A DNA stretch of 64,000 nt from Synergistales bacterium. Its GTDB lineage: Bacteria; Synergistota; Synergistia; Synergistales; JAFGMB01. A program made the translations under genes and the position numbers. How positions within the stretch are numbered: the first letter of the stretch is position 1; each line of letters begins with the position of its first letter. The notes below the pieces were generated by a model. The model was not told the DNA's origin, searched no databases, and worked only from the letters and a program-made list of their open reading frames with translations. The stretch covers positions 1,632,001 to 1,696,000 of the forward strand of contig OY762654.1 of the NCBI GenBank assembly GCA_963666205.1, written 5' to 3'. Positions 57,468 to 64,000 of the stretch are shown here, one piece after another.

Positions 57468-57914
57468 CTATTTTCCGAAGGACATGAGAATCAGTTCGTC
57501 GAGTTCCTTCTGTTCATCCTTCAGAAGCTGTTTCCGGATTTCCCTGTTACTGTTCTCAAGAAATACTTCTGTCAATTTCACATCGCTATGTTTTTTCCTA
57601 AGGTCTTCCCTTATGGATTCAGCATCCTCGCTGACCTCCACTATGAGGCCATCAACCTCCCTGATGTTATCTTCCAGGGAATCTATGTCATCTCTTATCC
57701 ACCAGAGCTCTTCCGTTGTGATATTCCCATTTCCGCATCTGTTACGGAACAATCCCATGGCACCTTCCCACCTGCATTCCAAGTCAAGGGATTTTTCCTG
57801 GAGTGATCTCTTTTTCTCTTCCACTTCTTCCAGACGGATCCTTACTTCATCCCGGATCTTTTCTCTCAAATCTTTAAGGCGTTGTAGTTTTTTTAGCTTT
57901 TTATGAGCTATCAT
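57468..57914 (-). CDS. fliJ: FliJ
   Basis: Coiled coil ending EQKELDE, coupled to fliI. Confidence 0.8.
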   Translation of the reverse strand: MIAHKKLKKLQRLKDLREKIRDEVRIRLEEVEEKKRSLQEKSLDLECRWEGAMGLFRNRCGNGNITTEELWWIRDDIDSLEDNIREVDGLIVEVSEDAESIREDLRKKHSDVKLTEVFLENSNREIRKQLLKDEQKELDELILMSFGK

Positions 57915-59278
57915 TTTGAGCTATCCTCCCAAAGTGGTAAAGCCAGCATAGCTTTTTTCGTTTCATCGAAAGTCGAACATTCGTCTATAGGCTGCTTTAG
58001 GAATGACTCGATCTCATCCCTCGAATGTACCGCAAAATCAAGTTTCGGATTACTTCCAGGCTTGTAAGCTCCCAGGTTGATAAGCTCTTCCGCTTCCTTG
58101 TATATTGAAAGGAGTTCCTTGAGGCTTCCCGCTGTTCCTGACTGCTCAGAGGATACAATGTCTATCATGATCCTGCTGATGCTCTGCATTACGTCAATGG
58201 CAGGGTAGTGGTTCCGCATGGCAAGTTCTCTTGTGAGGACGACGTGTCCGTCAAGGATCCCCCTGACAGCATCGGAAATGGGTTCATTCAGATCATCACC
58301 CTCTACCAGAACCGTGTATATACCAGTAATGCTTCCCTTTTCTCCTCTACCTGCCCTTTCGAGCAGTTTTGGGAGGAAGGCGAAAACTGAGGGAGTATAA
58401 CCCCTGGTTGCCGGGGGTTCTCCTATGGCCAGACCAACATCCCGTTGGGCCATGGCGACTCTGGTGACCGAATCCATCATGAGCAGTACGTTCTTCCCGA
58501 TATCTCTGAAGTACTCCGCTATTGCAGTGGCTGTCATTGCTGCTTTGAGCCGTACAAGGGGAGGCTGGTCGGATGTGGCTACTATTACCACTGAGCGTTT
58601 CATTCCATCTTCTCTAAGGTCTTTTCGGAGGAATTCCTGAACCTCCCTGCCTCTTTCACCCACCAGTGCAATGACATTTATATCTGTTTCCGCGTTTCTG
58701 GCCATCATTCCCAAAAGGGTGCTTTTCCCTACTCCCGAGCCGGAAAAAATTCCTATCCTCTGGCCCTGGCCAAGGGTGAGGATACCGTCTATGGCCCTTA
58801 TGCCAACGGGAAGAATGGTATCCACGGGTTTCCTCTTCAGAGGATGAGGCGGATCAGCCTGAAGAGGATAATATTCCTGACCCTTTATGGGGCCCTTATC
58901 GTCAAGAGGATCTCCGAGCCCGTTTAATACCCTTCCAAGAAGGCCCTGTCCTACCTTGACACCCAGAGCCTTACCAGTGGAAAAAACATCACTTCCCGGA
59001 CCTATCTTCTGTAGGTCTCCCAAGGGCATGAGGAGGACTTTTTCTCCACGAAAACCCACTACCTCGCAAGGAAGGGGTGCTTTGTTCCTGTTACGGAAAC
59101 GAACTTGGCACAGGTCGCCTATTTGTACGTCAGGGCCCCTGGATTCGATGACGATCCCAATCACTTCGACTACTTTGCCGTTAACCGGAACAAGCTCCAG
59201 AAGGCTGAGTCCATCCTCAAGAGCATCAAAGATCCGCCCCAGTCTGGAACAGTTCATCACATCAGATCTCCCTGACAA
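57911..59278 (-). CDS. fliI: Export ATPase FliI
   Basis: GSGVGKS, GERGREV, MDSVTR, GEPPATRGY. Confidence 0.96.
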   Translation of the reverse strand: MSGRSDVMNCSRLGRIFDALEDGLSLLELVPVNGKVVEVIGIVIESRGPDVQIGDLCQVRFRNRNKAPLPCEVVGFRGEKVLLMPLGDLQKIGPGSDVFSTGKALGVKVGQGLLGRVLNGLGDPLDDKGPIKGQEYYPLQADPPHPLKRKPVDTILPVGIRAIDGILTLGQGQRIGIFSGSGVGKSTLLGMMARNAETDINVIALVGERGREVQEFLRKDLREDGMKRSVVIVATSDQPPLVRLKAAMTATAIAEYFRDIGKNVLLMMDSVTRVAMAQRDVGLAIGEPPATRGYTPSVFAFLPKLLERAGRGEKGSITGIYTVLVEGDDLNEPISDAVRGILDGHVVLTRELAMRNHYPAIDVMQSISRIMIDIVSSEQSGTAGSLKELLSIYKEAEELINLGAYKPGSNPKLDFAVHSRDEIESFLKQPIDECSTFDETKKAMLALPLWEDSSK

Positions 59279-60107
59279 GAAGGTCTATCTGTCCATTGAT
59301 AGCCTCAAGCTGTGAACTCCACCTTGCATCGTGGACTCCCAGATTAGTCTCAAGGATGCAGCTTCCCCTTTCGATGTTATCGTCACCAATGATCTCGAAA
59401 AGTTCCGCCACTCTTTTAATTTCGGCCATTTCATCGCTTCGGCTTAGGAAAAGGTCTTTATCGGATGGATTTATGAAGAGTTTTACCTTACCCCTGTCAC
59501 TTACCCTGGTCATGAGTTCCCTGAAAACCCGTAGGGCCACATCTTCATCAAGTTCCACTCTGGTGCGAAGAAGCCTCTTCAGCATTATCTGCCATAGCCG
59601 TACCATTTTAGGGGCATTTATTTCAATATCCTTTTCTATGGATTGTTCCAGACTCTTCAGAGCCCGGATGAGGAGTTCTTCCGTCTGGGAAAAACGGTCT
59701 GAATATTCGTGTCTTAGTTTCTCTTCAATTTCTTTTTCAGCAGTGGCAAGGCCTTTTCCATACCCTTCTTTGAATCCTCTTTCAGATTCCTTCCGGTGTA
59801 ACAGCAAACCTTCCTCCCGGATCTTATCCCTCAGGGAGTCTTCTTTTTCTTTGAGTTGGAGCTCTGCTCTTTTCCATTTGTCCTGGAGTTCTGAGATCTC
59901 GTGCTTCATCTGTTGTTCTCCGTCCAGAAGGGTTTCGATCCTCCTCTGGAGTTCCTGAACCTCCACCGCGGCAAGCAGGTAAGGATCTATCTGTCTGCCC
60001 CCTTCGAAAAGGCAGTTCCGTACGCCCGAGGGAAGGACCACTTTCTCCTTGGAAAGGGGAAGATCCCTGAGGACTATCCCCCTGACTTTATTAGATGACA
60101 ATATCAT
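59262..60107 (-). CDS. fliH: FliH (start moved to ATG 60107)
   Basis: GFKEGYGKG repeats; ERGSCILET..G..DA. Confidence 0.88.
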   Translation of the reverse strand: MILSSNKVRGIVLRDLPLSKEKVVLPSGVRNCLFEGGRQIDPYLLAAVEVQELQRRIETLLDGEQQMKHEISELQDKWKRAELQLKEKEDSLRDKIREEGLLLHRKESERGFKEGYGKGLATAEKEIEEKLRHEYSDRFSQTEELLIRALKSLEQSIEKDIEINAPKMVRLWQIMLKRLLRTRVELDEDVALRVFRELMTRVSDRGKVKLFINPSDKDLFLSRSDEMAEIKRVAELFEIIGDDNIERGSCILETNLGVHDARWSSQLEAINGQIDLLVREI

Positions 60108-61098
60108 CACCGCTTCCTGCGAGGACGATCTCTCCAGCCTCTTCCAGGGCACGGATCTTGCTGACCACCTTCTGCTGGGCTTCTTCCACATCCCTGAGCC
60201 TTATGGGACCCATGTATTCCATTTCTTCCTTCAGCATCTCTCCAGCGCGCGCTGACATGTTCTTGTAGAATTTCTCACGAAGGTCATTGCCCACACCCTT
60301 GAGGGCCATGGCGAGTTCCTTGTTGTCCACATCGCGGAGGAGTTTCTGGAGGGAACGGTCATCCACCAGCATGATGTCCTCGAAGGTGAACAGTTTTTTG
60401 CGGATATCTTCTGAGAGTTCCGGATCTTTTTCATCCAGGATCTCCAGAATGAGTTTCTCCGTTTTTCTCCCTGCCTTGTTTATTATTGCGACCACAGAAT
60501 CTATTCCACCTACAATTGAAAAATCGGATCCTACAACGGCGCTGAATTTCTTTTCAAGGACCTTTTCTGTATCTCTAAGCACGTCCGGTGCCACTCTATC
60601 CATATTGGCTATCCGGAGGGCCACCTCTGCCTGGAGTTCTCCCGGGAGGCCCCCCAGAACGGGAGCAGCCTTGTCGGCAGAGAGGAATGACAGGATCAGT
60701 GCGATCATTTGAGGGTGCTCCCCCTGCAGAAAGGACAGAAGCTGTACGGGGTCTGAAGCCCTGAGAAAATCGAAGGGCTTGGACTGCAGGTTTGAGGTGA
60801 GTCTTCTCAGAAGTTCTTCTGCCTTACTTGAACCCATGGACTGTTCAAGGATTTCTCTGGCGTAACCAACTCCTCCCCTGCCCATGTACTCCTTTGCCAT
60901 TACAAGTTCCCGGGATTCGCGGAGTACTGTATCCCTTGTTGCATTATCTATTCCCCTTAGAGATGCTATCTCAAGGGTCAGGAGTTCTATGGTGGCCTCA
61001 TCCAGGTACTTGTAGATGTGGGCAGCCTTCTCCTGTCCCAGAAGGACCAGAAATATTGCAGCTTTTCTTCTTCCCTTTATGTCTTTAACGGGAGCCAT
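60091..61098 (-). CDS. fliG: Rotor protein FliG
   Basis: EHPQ, LFTFED, NMSARA; RBS before ATG 61098. Confidence 0.96.
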   Translation of the reverse strand: MAPVKDIKGRRKAAIFLVLLGQEKAAHIYKYLDEATIELLTLEIASLRGIDNATRDTVLRESRELVMAKEYMGRGGVGYAREILEQSMGSSKAEELLRRLTSNLQSKPFDFLRASDPVQLLSFLQGEHPQMIALILSFLSADKAAPVLGGLPGELQAEVALRIANMDRVAPDVLRDTEKVLEKKFSAVVGSDFSIVGGIDSVVAIINKAGRKTEKLILEILDEKDPELSEDIRKKLFTFEDIMLVDDRSLQKLLRDVDNKELAMALKGVGNDLREKFYKNMSARAGEMLKEEMEYMGPIRLRDVEEAQQKVVSKIRALEEAGEIVLAGSGDDIVI

Positions 61099-61100
61099 GA

Positions 61101-62657
61101 TCAGTCCTCCTCCAGCCAATTCTTGACTATGGAAGCAACTTCTTCAGGGTACGTCTGGGCGTAAAGACCCATCTGTTCTTCCAGGATCTGCATATCGTTC
61201 TTAGGTATGTTCAACAGGTCCAGTGTTAGATGGGGTGTCACTTTCTCCTCTTCATCTTTATCTTCATCGGTCTCCACTTTTTTTCTTCTCCGTCTGAAGA
61301 TCAAAAAGAATGCTCCTCCAACAGTCAGAGCTGCAACCAGGACCGTGATAGGAAGAAGAAATCTCTTAAGGGAGCCCCGCGGCTGGGGTATGGTTGCGAA
61401 TTTATCTTCTTTCTGATCTACCGATGCGAAGGGCATGAAGGCAAGGGAAAGGAGGTCTCCACGTTCCTCGTTTATCCCTATGGCTGTAGAGATCGAATAG
61501 AGGAGTTCATCTTTGGGGACCGAACTCTCCTCCGAGTTTATGACCACCGATGCGGTGATCCTTTTCATTGTCCCGGGAGCCTTCTGTTCCTCCTGCTGGA
61601 AAGATGAAATTTCATAATTGATTACCTGGTCTGTTTTATTGTAGTCACCGTTATTGGAACCCGAAGCTTTAACAGCGTATCCAGGTATGTTGGAGGCAGT
61701 GCCCACTCCCTTATTGGATTGGGCGGAACCGGAAAAGCTTTCTTCTACGGTCTGGATGCTCCTTACGATACCCTTTCCTCTCGCTTCTGGAAGATATCCC
61801 TGCTTGGTCCTGCTGAGGCTGCTGAAATCAAGCTCCACCCTTACCCTTACAACGGAATTTCCAGGGCCAAAGATGGCGGAAAGCATATTCTGGACCTTTT
61901 TTTCCAAGTCTATTTCCTGAAGCCTTTCCATCTCCCTCTGGACGGAGGAAACTCCACCGGAGGAACCCTGGTATATGAGAAATCCGTCCCCCACAAGTTC
62001 GGAAAGAAGATGGCCCGAGGTGTCCACTATAGACACATTGTCCGGATTCAGCCCTTCTACACTTGAAGCGACCAGCTTCATAACTGCTTTTATCTGGTCC
62101 GTCTTCATCTGCCTTCCGGGGCGGAGTCTTATCAGTACCGAAGCGGTAGCAGGCTGTTCTTCCTTGAGAAAGAGCTTCTGTTTTACAAGAACGACGTTGA
62201 CTCTGGCAAATTCCACTACATCCAGCCTGCTGATGGTTCTTGCAAGCTCTCCTTCCAGGGCTCTAACATAGGCAACCTGCTGCTGGAAATCTGTCATGCC
62301 CATCTTCGAATCGTCAAATATCTCATATCCTACTGTACCGCTCTTGGGAAGGCCTGAAGATGCCATGTCAAGCCTCAGGTTATAAACTGCATCTTCGGGT
62401 ACAAGAATTGCGGAAGCTGAAGGATCTAGCCGATATTCCACACCCTTTTCCTTGAGGATGTCCACTATGGATGCCTGATCCTCCAATCCAAGGCCTGAAA
62501 AGAGGGGGGCATAGCTTATCCTTCCGGAATAGAAGAAAAGGAGAGAAAAAAAGATCATCAGTACAACTGCTGCACCCGTAAGGGTCCACTTCTGCCCTTT
62601 GCCAAGGGAATTCCAGAATTCTTTTATCTGTCCGAATAGTTCCTTAAATTTCTGCAT
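61101..62657 (-). CDS. fliF: MS-ring FliF
   Basis: GYEIFD, RALEGELARTI, SSVEGL; two TM segments. Confidence 0.95.
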   Translation of the reverse strand: MQKFKELFGQIKEFWNSLGKGQKWTLTGAAVVLMIFFSLLFFYSGRISYAPLFSGLGLEDQASIVDILKEKGVEYRLDPSASAILVPEDAVYNLRLDMASSGLPKSGTVGYEIFDDSKMGMTDFQQQVAYVRALEGELARTISRLDVVEFARVNVVLVKQKLFLKEEQPATASVLIRLRPGRQMKTDQIKAVMKLVASSVEGLNPDNVSIVDTSGHLLSELVGDGFLIYQGSSGGVSSVQREMERLQEIDLEKKVQNMLSAIFGPGNSVVRVRVELDFSSLSRTKQGYLPEARGKGIVRSIQTVEESFSGSAQSNKGVGTASNIPGYAVKASGSNNGDYNKTDQVINYEISSFQQEEQKAPGTMKRITASVVINSEESSVPKDELLYSISTAIGINEERGDLLSLAFMPFASVDQKEDKFATIPQPRGSLKRFLLPITVLVAALTVGGAFFLIFRRRRKKVETDEDKDEEEKVTPHLTLDLLNIPKNDMQILEEQMGLYAQTYPEEVASIVKNWLEED

Positions 62658-62691
62658 TCGCAGTATTCCCTGTCATCAGAGGCTTCCAGTC

Positions 62692-63036
62692 TCACACGGA
62701 GATCCTGATAAGCTGGTTATAAGCATCAAGAAGCTTATCTCTCACCTGTATTGCAAAACGAAGGGCGAGGTCTGCTTCTGAGACTGCTGCAGCAACTTCG
62801 GAGATATCATCCACATCTCCCGTTACCATGTTCTGCATGGCGCTTTCTGCACTTATCTGAAGGCTGTTGACCTTCTGAAGACCCTCCTTGAGAGATTCTT
62901 CAAAGGAAGGGATAGCTTTTGTGTCCTTATTGTTTTCATCGCTTTTTGCCAGGTCGGCGGATTGAAAATTCTTGTTGATTCCGTAGGCTGAGCGCACGGA
63001 CCTAGGGTTTGCAAAAGTCACCGGGGAAGAGCTCAT
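62692..63036 (-). CDS. fliE: FliE
   Basis: QVRDKLLDAYNQL. Confidence 0.92.
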   Translation of the reverse strand: MSSSPVTFANPRSVRSAYGINKNFQSADLAKSDENNKDTKAIPSFEESLKEGLQKVNSLQISAESAMQNMVTGDVDDISEVAAAVSEADLALRFAIQVRDKLLDAYNQLIRISV

Positions 63037-63084
63037 TCTGGCGGATACCCCCTTATTTTCCTGCTTCTGTATTGAAGAAAATTA

Positions 63085-63894
63085 TCACACGGCGATCTCA
63101 AGTATCTGGACCAGCCTTTCCTTGAGTTTGGAGAGGACTCTTTTGTGAAGCTGTGAGATCCTGGATTCTGAAAGACTGAACTCCACAGCGATATCATGAA
63201 AGTTCCAGTACTTGAAGTAATATAGGTAGATAAGCTTTTTTTCCCTCTCCGTAAGATCGTTCATTGCCTTATAAAGCTTCTCTATTTCATCCATGTTTTC
63301 TGTAACTTCTTCAGGCCCGGGTTCATCTCCTGTAAGAATAGAGCTCTTGCTCACTTCAGAATCTTCAAGGACCAGCTCCTCATCAAGAAAACCTATGTAA
63401 CTCCTGTTGGCTATCTCCAGGACTTCCCGGAACTGTTCCTCCGACATGCCCAGCTTTTCCCTGAGCCTCCTGTTTGAGACCTCTCCGGTTTCCTGCAGAA
63501 CCTGTTCCGATGCTTTTTCCAGCGCATGAATTTTTTCCCGTCCTGTGCGGGATATCCAGTCGAACCTTCTCAATTCGTCCAGGATCGCTCCCCTTATTCT
63601 GGAAGCTGCATAGGTCTGAAAGGCATAACCCAGGGCAGGGTTGTAACGGTCGATGGCATCAAGGAGTCCCATGTTTCCATAACTTAGGAGATCATCATAA
63701 TCAAGTTCTCGAGGAGGGGAGATGTTTGTCCTTCGAATGACGAATCTGACAAGATACTGATATTTTTCTACCAGTTCCTTCTGGATCATTCTTCTATCCA
63801 GACTGAGTTGAGGGCAAAGTTGATATCTTTCCCAGAGATCCCTCTCGGCGTTTCTGTCAAAATCCGATCTTGTCTTTCCAACTTTCTGCCGCAT
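63085..63894 (-). CDS. fliA: Flagellar sigma factor FliA (sigma28)
   Basis: FQTYAASRIRGAILDELRRFDW, LSESRISQLH; GGAGG RBS before ATG 63894. Confidence 0.93.
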   Translation of the reverse strand: MRQKVGKTRSDFDRNAERDLWERYQLCPQLSLDRRMIQKELVEKYQYLVRFVIRRTNISPPRELDYDDLLSYGNMGLLDAIDRYNPALGYAFQTYAASRIRGAILDELRRFDWISRTGREKIHALEKASEQVLQETGEVSNRRLREKLGMSEEQFREVLEIANRSYIGFLDEELVLEDSEVSKSSILTGDEPGPEEVTENMDEIEKLYKAMNDLTEREKKLIYLYYFKYWNFHDIAVEFSLSESRISQLHKRVLSKLKERLVQILEIAV

Positions 63895-64000
63895 GGAATA
63901 CCTCCAAAGGGCCAAATTAAGAAACAAAATAAACATCATTATAAATAACATAAATACAAACGAAAGTATAAACTAATATATACATTTATGCAATAAGGTG

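Noticed and set aside
1-64000. CRISPR arrays, tRNA/rRNA genes, prophage or defence genes
   Set aside because: No repeat-spacer periodicity, RNA-gene structure or hallmark proteins were recognised

Overview
Chromosomal origin region of a diderm anaerobe. FlgH/FlgI occur together with Firmicute-type FliW/CsrA, YaaR and YvyF, which suggests Synergistota (inference). Positions 1-10 kb hold recF-dnaN-dnaA with a bipartite oriC and metabolic genes. From about 10.1 kb to the window end is a shuffled flagellar island of more than 50 kb. Main observation 1: every flagellar structural, export and stator gene in the window looks intact, but the chemotaxis genes are ruined. cheA, cheR, cheW/V and cheX are pseudogenes, FliY appears to lack its CheC-like domain, CheY is drifting, and there is a GGDEF stub. 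This points to a flagellum kept without steering. Main observation 2: a cassette at 18.4-24.1 kb, just after the flagellin, looks like an uncharacterised regulatory module. It has a c-di-GMP-I riboswitch (predicted OFF switch) over an orphan gene, an XRE regulator, a sigma28-driven divergent RpoD/RpoS-like sigma factor, a MerR/RacA-like HTH protein, and a recurring TAA..AACGTT operator-like palindrome. All family calls come from manual motif recognition, not database searches.
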